Source: Camelus ferus
Lineage: Eukaryota
Assembly: GCF_009834535.1 (NCBI RefSeq)
Contig: NC_045720.1
Coordinates: forward strand, 32,364,001-32,428,000
Reading direction: 5' to 3'
Length of the DNA stretch: 64,000 nucleotides
Below the pieces are notes generated by a model. It did no database searches. It was not told the origin of the DNA and saw nothing but the letters and a program-made list of their open reading frames with translations. The translations under genes and the position numbers were made by a program. Of this stretch, positions 11,291 to 23,200 are shown one piece after another. The first letter of the stretch is position 1. Each line of letters begins with the position of its first letter.

Positions 11291-11408
11291 AAAGAATATT
11301 TGATATTAATGTGAATTTAAAAAAATCCCAATAGCTATTTACACATGGTGACAACAGAGATGTATCCCTAAAATGGGATCATCAGATAGGATGAAGGCAT
11401 CAGTATTT

Positions 11409-11925
11409 TGTGGAGGAGAGACTCTAAGATGTTCCTGCCACCTCCTGCTCCACCAGATTATCCTGCCTCCTGAGAGACCTGTGACTTGCTTCTAACCAAT
11501 AGACTCTGGCACAGTGTCATGGGATGTCCCTTCCATGATTACGTTACATAAGTTTGTAGCTTCCATTTTGCTAGTAGACACTATTTTCTCTTTCCTTTGC
11601 TGGTTTTGGCAAAGTAAGCTTCCCTAAGGAGAGGCCCATGTGGCGAGGAATTGAGGGTGGCTTGCCACCAGCAGCCACAAGAAAGCAAGACCCTCAGTCT
11701 GACAACCCAGACAGAACTGAATCCTGCCAACAGCCGCAAGAGTTTGGAAACAGGTCTTTCCCTGGTTGAGCATTAAACAATTCTGGCCAACACCTTCTGA
11801 GAGACCCTGAAAGAGAGCAACTAGTTAAGCTGTGTCCATATTCCTGACCCAGAAACTGAGATAACACATGTATTTTAAGTTGCTAAGTTTATGGTAGTTT
11901 GTTATATAGCAATAGAACTAATACA
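11409..11925 (+). mobile_element. MLT1F/G/H-type MaLR solo LTR
   Basis: GACTTGCTTCTAACCAATAGA...AGAGGCCCATGTGGCGAGGAATTGAGGG...GAACTGAATCCTGCCAACA...TTGTTATATAGCAATAGAACTAATACA. Confidence 0.8.
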
Positions 11926-11934
11926 TTTATAATA

Positions 11935-13325
11935 TCAAAGTTGGGAAAGTTGGGCAAAATATGGTTTGCAAGTCTGTGGGGGAACAGACATTCTCATACA
12001 GTGTTGATGAGAATAAATAGGGACATAACATTCCGAAGGCAGTTTGGCAATATAGATTTTTTTTTTAAATCAAAAGCTCAAAAGGCTAATAATTATTTGA
12101 ACCAGCCAAGTTCACAGCTAAGAAATTGTCCAAAGGAAATAATTGGACAAATGCGCAAAAGTGAAATCACATAGTCCTTACGTTGTAGTTTACAATCTGA
12201 AAAAATTGGAAGCAACCTAATGAGGTGATCGTTTGAATACAGTATGACATATACAAGGATAGGAATATTATGAAGTCATTAAAAATGTGTCATATATCTG
12301 TGTATTTCAGTTATTCCTAAAGCCACACTGTGAAGGGAAAAAACCAGGTTACAAAATAACATGCTGAGTATTAGATCACTAAAATTTTAGAATATGTATA
12401 TGTGTATACAGAGATAAGAATCTGGAAAGATATTCCCCCAAATCTCTACAATAGGTTGTAATAGCCACAAATGGGAACTAGGATTTTGAGGTGTTTTTAT
12501 TTTTTAATTTTTTTCTATATACTCTTCTGAATTGCTTGAATGTTTTATATGAATATATATTATTCTTTTTTTAAAAATCTGCATTTTAAAATTGAAGTAT
12601 AGTTGATTTACAATGTTGTGTAATTTCAGGTGTACAGCAAAGTGATTCAGTTATTTATATATATGTGTGTGTGTGTGTGTGTATATACATACATAAATAT
12701 ATATATATATATTCTTTTTCAGATACTTTTCCATTCTAGGTTATCACAAGATATTGAAGATTGTTCCCTGTGCTATACAGTAGGTCTTTGTTGTTTATAG
12801 TTTAACTTTTACATATAGTACTATGTATCTGTTAATCCCAGACTCTTAATTTATCACCCACTACCTTCCTATTTGGTAACCATAGTTTGTTTTCTATGTC
12901 TGTGAGTCTATTTCTGGTTTGTAAATAAATTCATTTGTATAATTTTTGTTTAGATTCCAAATATAAGTGATATCATATATTATTTGTCTTTGTCTGCCTT
13001 ACTTCACTTATGATGATCTCTAGGTCCATCCATGTTGCTGCAAATAACATTATTTTTTATGGCTGAGTACTAGTCCATTGGATATATACCACAAGTTCTT
13101 TATCCAGTCATCTGTTGATGAACATTTAGGATGCTTCCATGTCTTGATTATTGTAAAGAGTGCTGCTATGAACATTGGGATGCATGCATCTTTTTGAATT
13201 AGAGTTTTCTCCAGATTTTGGGATTTTGTTTTGTTTGGTTTTTTTAACTTTTTTTCTATACAATCTTCTGAATTGCTTGAATATTTTATATGAATATATA
13301 TTATTCTTTTAATCAGAATAAAATA
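11935..13325 (+). mobile_element. Old L1ME-type 3' fragment, interrupted by a younger L1 at 12570-13216
   Basis: GGGAACAGACATTCTCATACAGTGTTGATGAGAAT...GGCAGTTTGGCAATAT...GGAAGCAACCTAA. Confidence 0.65.
12570..13216 (-). mobile_element. 5'-truncated cetartiodactyl/camelid L1 3' end with (TA)/(TG) microsatellite
   Basis: Poly-T, TTGAAGTATAGTTGATTTACAATGTTGTG, and antisense ORF2 C-terminus (GGTCCATCCATGTTGCTGCAAAT). Flanked by a long direct duplication ending at TTTT/AA. Confidence 0.92.
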
Positions 13326-14735
13326 AAGCTTTTGTTTTCATTTCATTTTTGTTTACTTTGTTGAAACTTTACCTACAGGGTGATTGTGTAGCACATCATA
13401 TAAACAACCTCAAAAATCAAAGAAACAGAATGGCACAGCTGTGTTCATGTGCCCAGAGAAGCTACTGAGTTTTGGTGACATTTTAATTCTGAACAGTGAC
13501 TAATGGTGCAAGTGGGATATAAACTCTGAAGCATACAATGTCATTAACTGTCTCTGTACCCGGTAAATCTGAAGCAGTGGGAAGTATTTTGTGTGGTATA
13601 TGTATGGGCTTCACATGTGAGCAGGGTTATTGAAGGAATCTGTCCAGACAGCTTCCTTCTTCCTAAAAGAAATTTTTATTCCTCTTTCAAAAATTGGAAA
13701 GTAGATTATTATTGACCCATAAAAAATTTTCTCCTAGGAGGATAATCATTTTTGTAGTAATATATTTTAATTAGTATAATTTAAATTTGAATGCCTCCCT
13801 GGGAAATGCTTCCTAAGGGCTGTAATATTTCTTTAAGTGTTCTGTTTCACTGAGGCCCATTTTGCTGGATAATGCCACCACTAAATTTTAAGATATGCCA
13901 ATCTGTGTCATAGCCAGTGGCTTCTAAGGTTTCAGTTATATTTTAAGATGCATTTCTGAACCTGTGAAACCTTTATTAGTAAAAGGAGAACTTCTTTAGA
14001 AGGTGATAAGTCGCCTCTGCTGGATGAGAGGAAAAAAAATACTTCAAAACTCATTTAAGACCTAATGTCTGTAAAAATGAGTAGCTAGTCTGGTGACTGA
14101 GCAGAAAGGAAAGACACAGGTGTCCTTGCTGGGAAAGACCAAAGTGCTTATGTAAATCAGTAGCCTCAGATACTGAAAAGCTGACTGGAGAACTGATGCT
14201 GTAATCTAAAAGGGGAACTTGGCAGATACTAAGTTTATTGCTCCAGTGTGGCTTTGCTGCATCTAATAAATCATAAATTTGATGAGTTTCTGGTCAAGAT
14301 AATTGTCAGCTTTGTACTCTCCTGTGAGCGTCAGATGAAGTCTAGGCACGTGAAAGTGCTAAGCAGATGCTCACTTAGGAAGCAGGCAATCACTTTATAT
14401 TTATGATTCCTGTTCTTACGAGGCTGCTTAGTTCCCGGTGTGTACTTTGTCTGCTGTCAAAGGAAGAAAAGCCCCACTAGTGCTTTAGGTGTAGCTTCCT
14501 CTTCCAGATAGATTTCCATCATAGGTAGGAGGATCTAAAGAGAGAAGAATAAACTTTGTCTATAGTTATGCTTTAAGAAAGAATGGAGTTCTTTATTAAA
14601 ATAGTCAGGAATATTGATGAGGAGGAGTTACATGGGCAAAGGTTTAAAATAGACAAGACGAGGTGTGTCTTTAGAGAACTGTCCTTCGTGGGAGCTGAGA
14701 ATAGTGCCTGTCTGGTGGGAATAAGAGTAACAGGA

Positions 14736-15139
14736 TGTCTTAGTCAGCTTGCACTGCTCTGTNNNNNNNNNNNNNNNNNNNNNNNNNNNNNNNNNNNNNN
14801 NNNNNNNNNNNNNNNNNNNNNNNNNNNNNNNNNNNNNNNNNNNNNNNNNNNNNNNNNNNNNNNNNNNNNNNNNNNNNNNNNNNNNNNNNNNNNNNNNNNN
14901 NNNNNNNNNNNNNNNNNNNNNNNNNNNNNNNNNNNNNNNNNNGGGGAGAGAAAAATCTCTGGCATTTCTTCCTCTTCTTATAAAGATGACAGTCCTACTG
15001 GATTAGGGCTCCACCCTTATGACCTTATTTGACCCCAGTTACCTCCTTAAAGGCCATATCTCCAAATGCAATCACACGGGGGGGGGGGTTAGGGGTTCAA
15101 CATCTGAGTTTTAGAGGGGACACAGTTTAGTCCATACCG
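14736..15139 (-). mobile_element. MLT1A-type MaLR solo LTR (contains a 180-N run)
   Basis: TGTCTTAGTCAG...TTAAAGGCCATATCTCCAAAT...TAGTCCATAC; 5-bp TSD CAGGA at 14731-14735 and 15140-15144. Confidence 0.88.
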
Positions 15140-16494
15140 CAGGATAAGATCTGGGCTCGTTCTGTACTCTTTAAAGACAAGAATACCATAAAATTGATTT
15201 GCTGGTATCCCTTGATGGAACATAAGCTCCATGGGGGCAGGAGGAGTGTCTGATTTGTGTATTGTGGTACCCCTGGCACTTACTGCAGTGCCTTTTAATA
15301 TCAATATTTGTTCAACTAATGAATAACAAATATGGTGATTGAAGAGTGGGGTGGCCTGGAGGCTGTTTCAGTGGTCTGAGATGTGAGGTACCAAGTGCCT
15401 AAACACAGTAGTGGTGGAAATGGAGGGTGATAGTGTGACAATGAGTGACAAGAGCAGTGAAAATAAGAGGATGGGATAAAGGGGAGGAAGAATCATGGAT
15501 GACTGATGTTCTGGTTTTGAACAGCATGGTGGGCACTATTCCATTCGTGAAAATGGAGAATTTGAGAGACGTTAACTTATTACCACAAATCCTCATTTTG
15601 AGATGAGATATCTCTTAAGACTTATTCATAGCTTGTAAAACTGAAAGTCCTCATAGCTTTTCCCAGACACTCCAAAAGGCTTCTCTGAAGGCATGTGATT
15701 TCTTTCTTATCCATCAATAGTTAGGGCTTCTATTCTCTGACTTAATCTCTCACCTAATTTTGGTAGCCCAAGGAGAATTAGGAAGACTAGAAACACACGT
15801 TTCTTCTCTCCTAATATTTCTTCTATCTTTCCTGTCTTTTATTTGTGGTAGCCATAGCAGAAACATAAATAATGGTCATATTGGGCATCACAGTGAAATA
15901 AAACTTCTAGCACAAGTGCTCTTTATATCAAAATTGTTTCTCTTTTCCTGACTGCTTCCTTCCTTGTCTTTGTAATTCTCAAAACTTTCTTTCTCACTTA
16001 GTTCTCTGAGTTATTTATGAGTGCAAATTTGCATCTAATAGCAACCTACTTTCTGAAATTTGCTTGTAGTTACAACAATCTGAGTTTATATCTGAAACTT
16101 TTTGAACATGGCCGTTATCTCTTCTGAACAAACTATTCTTGGACAACTTTAAAACTGAAACTTAAAAGGTTGTTAAATATAGATTTAGAGTAATTTGTTT
16201 ATACCTGCTAAGATGGATTTAGCAACAGGAAATCATTTATCTTGAGTGAATGGAATACTTTATTCTAGCTTGTAGTAGAATTTGCTCCAAAAAGAACCAG
16301 GCTCAATATCCAGGCACACTTTCCCTATCAGATGATGTCAATGTTCTTTATGGGTAGACCGCACTGTCCATCACCTTGAGAACAGGGTTTGTTCACTAAA
16401 TTTGGATTTTTATAATTAGCTGATAAAATGAGCATTTTGAACTACTGCATGATGTTAACATCCACCATCTTTAGCAAAGTCACCATCCCTCTTT

Positions 16495-16531
16495 TTAAAT
16501 AATTAATTTTTACTGAAGTATAGTTGATTTT
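16495..16531 (-). mobile_element. 37-bp extremely 5'-truncated L1 insertion
   Basis: Reverse complement AAATCAACTATACTTCAGTAAAAATT... is the L1 3' terminus. Perfect 12-bp TSD CCATCCCTCTTT at 16483-16494 and 16532-16543. Confidence 0.8.
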
Positions 16532-16789
16532 CCATCCCTCTTTGTACATACATGTGTATAATTCTTTCAATGTTTTATTGCTCCTGGATTTAAATACTCT
16601 GCAACAGCTAGATAAAATAAAATAGCAATTAGGAGCCAAAAGCATAAATTCTAAATGTAATACAACTGAAATTGTAACAGGTTTCACTTAGGATACAGAG
16701 TAAGGGGCTTTAACAAAGACTTACAGGGTTTTAAACAACATAGAACAATATAGAGTTTAACAGTCTGACTAATTTCATATAGAATATTG

Positions 16790-17030
16790 ACATGTTGGTG
16801 CCTTCCATCCTGCAGCTCTACCAGTGGCCCTAAAATATTCGCCTCATCTGCTTAGTCCCAGATGGCTTGTCACCATGTCTAACTTCTAGGCACTAAGATG
16901 CGAGAAGAAGGAGTAGAATAAAAAGACACATCTTCCATTTAAGGGGCACAACCCAGAAACTGCATATGTCACTTCTGTTCACATTCTGTTGGCCAGAACT
17001 TAGTCATATGGCCACACTTAGCTACAAGTT
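16790..17030 (-). mobile_element. MLT1J/K-type MaLR LTR fragment
   Basis: ACCCAGAAACTGCATATGTCACTTCTGTTCACATTCTGTTGGCCAGAACTTAGTCATATGGCCACACTTAGCTACAAG. Confidence 0.7.
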
Positions 17031-17061
17031 TTACGAGCTAAAACTCAGGGTTTTACTTCTT

Positions 17062-17229
17062 TTTTTGAGGGACGGGGATTAGGTTTATTTATTAAAAATT
17101 TTTTTTAAAATGATGGTACTGGGGATTGAACTTCCCCTAACAGATGGTGGTAATGTTCTTCCTGAGGTCTTCCAGGACCTCAAGCAAGCTAAGCATGCAC
17201 TCTACCACTGAGCTATACCCTTTCCTCTC
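17062..17229 (-). mobile_element. Vic-1-type SINE carrying a 40-bp internal insertion
   Basis: SINE body and tail; perfect 16-bp TSD CAGGGTTTTACTTCTT at 17046-17061 and 17230-17245. Confidence 0.92.
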
Positions 17230-19310
17230 CAGGGTTTTACTTCTTGAGGGAACATGAGAAGATGAAGCTGGCGTGCCAAAAGTTGTGACACTTCAGTCTC
17301 AAGTGAATGCTCACTGGACTAAGCTGGTTGACTGCGGATTCAACTATGAGGGAAAAAAGGAAAGGCAAAATCATACATGATAAGCAAAATATTGAAAATA
17401 TGTTGTCAAAAATCAAGTCTAGAAAATGAAGTTTATTTAGCTATTTTATATATTTTATGAGTCTCAGCAATGGAACCTGTCCTAACTTGCAAGCCTATTG
17501 TTTGGCTTTCAAAGACTTGGCCTTCGAATTTACTTAGAGTAACATATTTTGTATGGAAACAATGAGTAACCCATCTGTATGGAAATTTCTAGCTTGTCCT
17601 TTGTTCTGAAATGTGGTAGAATTTGTCTTACTGAGGAAGCCAAATGCTTTGAGTAGCTAAGTTTTAGTTAAAGAATATAGTGTTGTGGGTTTTACTAGCT
17701 GAGGCTTCTCTACTGAACCTGAGAAAGTGCCTTGACTCTGTGCACAGGGAAGACTGGCCAGTGCTCTGCCGTGGTCCTGTGAGTCTGCCTGGGAAGGGGA
17801 AGCAGACAGCCTCAGAGCAAGTGAAAAGCCAGGAAACACGGGGCTACTGCCGCAGCCTAGGGTCCAAGTAGACCAGAGAAAAAGATGATTGCAAAGGTCA
17901 GTGGTCCCACCTCAGTAGGGAGAAGAGTCACATGATAGCTCTTTGCTCTGGTCCATTTGGGAGCATCAAAAGCTCAGCAGGTGGTGAGAGGATGACCAGG
18001 GCTGGCCATCTCCGGGAACACCAAGTCACGATGGCCAGACAGGAACTAAGTAGCCATACGCTTGGGCTTCTTTGCAGAGTCCTCCAAGTCTTCCTCAGAC
18101 AATTTCACTTAGTCTACCACAGCCCTTATGGACCTCTGAGAAATCCGAGATGCTATAGATTCCTTCTGGCTCCATGAATTTTCTATCACTGAAGGCATTC
18201 CTTTAGGTTAAGCAATAGAGCTGAGGATGTGGTCTCTGAAAGCCACATTCTCATATGTTCTCTGGGAAGGCAAGGAAGTGGGATGTTGTATCTCTGGTCT
18301 TCTTTAGCTCATAACCATTTATAACTGACCTGTTAATCTCATTAACTGCTTGCTACATCAGGAGTAAGAGAAGTTTGAATAAATATGTCAGCAGCTCTAC
18401 AGTCTGAATGACCAGGGCTCTCTTGAGGATGTTAAGCTAATGAGGGTAGGGTTTAAAGGTGAGTACCTGGTGACTGTGCACCAGAGAAGCAGGAGTGGTT
18501 TTGTCCAGTGAAACAGATTCTCCAAGGCTGCTCCTGCTCTGACTTCTTCTAGGCTTAGAATGTCTGGGCTGGAAGCAGCATACATTATCATGATAGTCTG
18601 AGTCACTGTGGCTTAATATACTAAATATTTTTTTCTCTAAGGATTCATAATTTCTTTTAGCTAGTGACATCACTGCATTTTCAGTACCATGATCTTTAAG
18701 ATCTTTTTTTAATATAAAAGATATGAATTTGGGTAAAACTTTTACAGTGGACAAGAGCAAGCCTTTGATGAGTTTAGTGTGTCTGTATGAGAGACCTGTG
18801 TCTTATGAATAGTACAGATCTTTAATATGTCTCTTTATACAAACTAAACAAGTTTAAAAACCCCAACTACATTTATTTATGTATAAATACTTTTATAAGC
18901 CTTCACAGGATAAAAGATAGTTTAATAATGTGAGAGAAGCTGTCAATCAAGGGAAAGCTCCCTGGACCTAGCTTCAGAGTTCCCAGTTGTTGTCAAAGGT
19001 CTTGGTGAAATGATTTCGTTGTGCTCGTTGTGTTTGTTAATCAATAGTATACCTAGTTAATAATTTACAATGAGAAATGCACCTTCAGGACATTCAGATC
19101 TGTTGACCAAGAGTCTAATCAGGGTATTTGGGAATAAGTATGATACTATTTCTGATGTAATTTCTCATGATCTTAACTCAGTTTTTGTAACATTAGAGGT
19201 CTAGCTAAGATAACCTATAAGGTTCCTTTCAATTCTTAAAACTCCTATTGTATGTTCTGCATCATGGAAAGGAGAAGCCCCACATAGAACTTAGGCAGTA
19301 GATTGTTCAG

Positions 19311-19510
19311 TACCAGGCACTGTGGCAAGTGCTTAATGTGCATTATTTTATTTAATCCTTGAAATTTATGAAGTAGGTATTATTGTCATCCCCCTTTTAC
19401 AGATAAAGAAACTGAAACTTTACAGGTGTTACATAACTTGCTCAGTGTCCTACAGCTAGTGAGCGGCAGAGTAGAGATTTGAACACAGTTTTGTGGGACT
19501 CCAGAGTTTG
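19311..19510 (-). mobile_element. MIR SINE
   Basis: Core TTTTACAGATAAAGAAACTGAAACT...AACTTGCTCAGTGTCCTACAGCTAGT. Confidence 0.85.
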
Positions 19511-19613
19511 GGGACTGGAATCTATGCCTGTTAACTATCATACAGTAGCAGTTCTAAGGAATGTTTAACTACCCAAGAGCACTCAAATGGTATGACCAAA
19601 AATTTTTACTTTT

Positions 19614-19727
19614 TTGAGGGGGGGAGTGGGGGAGATAATTAGGTTTGTTTGTTTGTTTATTTATTTAACGGAGGTACTGGGGATTGAACCCAGGACCTCA
19701 TGCACTGAGCTATACCCTCCCTGCAAG
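19614..19727 (-). mobile_element. Vic-1-type SINE with internal deletion
   Basis: GGAGGTACTGGGGATTGAACCCAGGACCTCATGCA|CTGAGCTATACCC; TSD AA(T/G)TTTTACTTTT at 19601-19613 and 19728-19740. Confidence 0.9.
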
Positions 19728-19799
19728 AAGTTTTACTTTTTAGTAAATTATTTTAACAGCAATATTTTTCTAGATATTTTCTCTCCATATATTATTATA

Positions 19800-21720
19800 A
19801 GTTTTTAAGATTTGAAAACAGAAAGGGTAAATTGACCTCTGAATACAATGGCAAAGTAGATCCAGATTAAACAATCTTCCTCTAAATCAAATGAAATGAA
19901 CAGAAGTAGTGAAAAAAAAAAAAAGGCAACAATGCATGAACAGCATCCAAATGAAGGCGAACAATTTTACATCACAAGCTTCAGAAAGTGATGGCCAAGG
20001 AGATTGAGAGACGTTTTGGGGTAGCTTCTTTCTTCACGCCCACCCCCAGGAATAGTATTGAGAACTCTGATAATTTTTCTTAATGCTTTCTGCTTGGCTT
20101 TGGACACACACAGTGTGAGGGAGTGCGTAGGTAGCCCTGGGAAAAGTAAAGGAAAATGCCTCAAGGGTAGCCAACCCTACTTACTCCTCGGGGGCCTTGA
20201 CAGAGGCATGAAGGGCCTCCGCAGGCTTCCGCACTTCCAGGTCCCCGTGGAGAGCTGGATGAGTGAGGGAAATGTACCCCCAGCTGGGTGGGGTGGGCGC
20301 TGGTGCAGGATGTTTCACTGGGCTTTACAGGGGAAATCAGGCTCCCGCGATCCAGTGTGGGTCTCCCCTCACATACCTCCCACCATGTCCTCAGACTAAA
20401 GTAAGTGGATTGAAAGCACATTACATTAACCCCAAATGGGGCAGGCTGTTATAATGGAAGCATTATAACAGACCAAATAGGAAGTCAGGACAGAGCCAAT
20501 GAAAAATGAAAAGAAATGGCATGGCCAATAAGCAAACACATTAGAGCAAGAAAAAGAAGGAAGACAAGAATGAGAAGAAGAAAAAGAACAGAAGATGGTA
20601 TAAAAAAACAGATGTTTTAAGGGTGATGGGGAATGGGTTTTAAAATAAGGAAAATATACCCTCTCCTCACAAAAAAGATTTCCTGTGAGTGTTTTAATTT
20701 TATGATACTATTATTTTTTTAAAACAACAGAATGAAATGAACACAGAAATTTCTAAGCTAAGGAAACTGAGACCCCAAAGAGCACCATTATAGAGTTAAT
20801 AAATAATTTAGGAAGAGCAAGGAACAGAATGGACAATGGTGGGAAAGAAAATCGATGACATGGAGGAAATGCTTGCAATAATCAGTGAGTGCAGAGAAAA
20901 AGGACAGAGATTAAAATATGTAGAAGACAACAACAGGGGGGACAGAAACCATCCAAGATAGACAACAAATGGAAGAGGAAAAGTAACTAGATGCATAATA
21001 AAATGAACTTTCTCTGAAATTCACAACCTGAATCCTTAGCTATAAGGGCACAACACAATGTATGCTAGAAAAAATTGGTGCAGCACCATAAACATCAAGG
21101 CATACTTTGATTAAGCTATTGACATTCAAAGATAAGAAAAATTTTTAGCTGTTCAAGAAGAAAAAGTAAGTCACCTATAGGGAAAATTAGGTTTGCCTTA
21201 GATTACCATATCCAAGACCAGAATGCAACTGAGAAATATTTATAAACTTCCAAGGAAAAGAAAGTGTGACCCTGCCATGTAATTGTTTGCTTATAAAGTC
21301 AGTACGTAGATTTTCTCAAACATGAAAAAACACAGGGAAAATAGTGTTTAGAATCTACTGTGTAAGTTATAAAACTTGTGAGCCCTTCTTGGGGGAAAAA
21401 AAAGAAACACTTGACATTAAAATTCAGCCAAAGAAACGAATAGAGATCAAGAATTTAAAATTGGTAAAAGAACCGGAAACAAGCACTGGATCCATTTTAA
21501 AAAAGAACAGAGACTAAATTACTAGGACTAACACTCTTACAGAATACAACATGATGGTTTATAACCTGGCAAAGTAAAATGTAATATAACCATTGAAAAA
21601 GGGAACGAGGGAAAGTGTAAGCAGGAGAAATAACAAGAGTGTATCACTTCATCTTTAACAGCAGAGAGTCAATTCATACTATCTAAAATTTAACCTCGTA
21701 GTTAAAAAAAAAAGTGTTTC
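19800..21720 (+). mobile_element. Old L1 ORF1-derived element, HAL1-like
   Basis: Degenerate ORF1-like text (AAAAGTAAGTCACCTATAGGG, TGAGAAATATTTATAAACTTCCAAGGAAAAGAAAGTGTGACCC) followed by GAGCCCTTC...AAAATTCAGCCAA and no ORF2. Confidence 0.55.
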
Positions 21721-22759
21721 TAAACCTTTGGTGATTTTTATAACCTGAGGGCCAGTGAGACAAGCCTGTATATGTGTGACATAGTCACCTGTGGCTGTAT
21801 TTTGGCTTTTTAAGGCCAGTTCAATGTTTTAAAATATTTTAAAATCTGAGTATCTTTAGGAGGGGGTAAACTTGCCAGTTAACCCTTATTTTCCACCTTC
21901 TTCTTTTACACGTTTAGAGGCCTGCCTGGAGACTCCTGTTGGAGGACTCTTGGTGAAGAATCATTTATCTGAAGTTCAGTAATTCCTAGAGTAAGATGAA
22001 ATAATAATTGACCAATAGAGACATTCCTCTCAATTGCTTTGTAAACATATTTTCCTCTGGCATAACAAATGGTATTTTCCCTACTTTATAATGACAGAAA
22101 TCTGTCTCCTGGCAAATGGAGACACTGCTGTCCCACTTTTTCCTTAACTGGGCTGTGACCACACCTTGGACTCCAGTGCAATCACGAGTGATACACAGGA
22201 GTGACTTTGGTGAAAGGTCCCTTCCAGCATGTAGGAACACTCCAGGGAAACGTCTCCTTATGCGGTGCCTCACTCTGTTTAAAGCCGTGGGGGCTTAGCT
22301 GCTATCACCTCCTAGCTATTTCTTTGGCTTAGTTTTAACTTTCAGTCCTTTAAATAGAGTTCGGATTGAGACTGAAACAGAGCCAGAAGAAACAGCTGAT
22401 TGGCTGTGAAGGCCCCCGTGGAAGGTTCTGGCGCTGGCCTTAAAGGCTGAGCTGGTCATTGTAAGGAAAACGGCGTGGGCAGCCCCACGGTCTACTCTGA
22501 CGGATTTAGGAGGGACGTCTGATGGACTCTGGAAAGACTGGTACTCCAGCAGGAGACCAGCGATTAGGCGCTGAAAAAGAACTGCAGAATTCTCAAGTTA
22601 GAATTTCCACATACAGGCAATGTAGTAGCTCCACAGCAATCTGTCAAAGATACTACTTTTGAAAAGCAAAACTAGCCTTTTATTGAAATTAAATCCGGCA
22701 GTAATCGAGAGAGAGGCCTCCCATACTTAGGTTTTGAACTTCTAAATATTTCCGTATTT

Positions 22760-23200
22760 TTTCCTAAGTTCATTCATTTAATTTATTTTTTAATTGAAGT
22801 ATAGTGTTTACAATGTGTCAATTTCTGGCGTACAGCATAATGTTTCAGTCATACATATACATACATATATTCCTTTTCGTTATAGGTTACTACAAGATAT
22901 TGAATATAGTTCTCTGCACTATACAGTAGAAACTTGTTTATTTTATATGTAGTAGTGTGTATCCATTAATCCCAAACTCCTAGTTTATCCCTTCCCACCC
23001 ACTTTCCCCCTTGGCAACCATAAATTTATTTTCTATGTCTGTGAGTCTGTTTCTGTTCTGTAAATAAGTTCTTTTGTGTCTTTTTTTTTTTTTTTTTTTT
23101 TTTTTTAGATTCCACATATGGGTGATATCATATGGTATTTGTCTTTCTTTCTGGCTTACTTCACTTAGTATGACGATCTCCAGGTCCATCCATGTTGCTG
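22760..23200 (-). mobile_element. 5'-truncated camelid L1 3' end
   Basis: ORF2 C-terminal peptide (W)MDLEIVILSEVSQKE plus 3'UTR; degenerate 18-bp TSD (15/18) at 22742-22759 and 23201-23218. Confidence 0.9.

Noticed and set aside
14010-14024. CTCF-like CCAGCAGAGGCGAC on the minus strand
   Set aside because: One G short of the core; such matches are common by chance.
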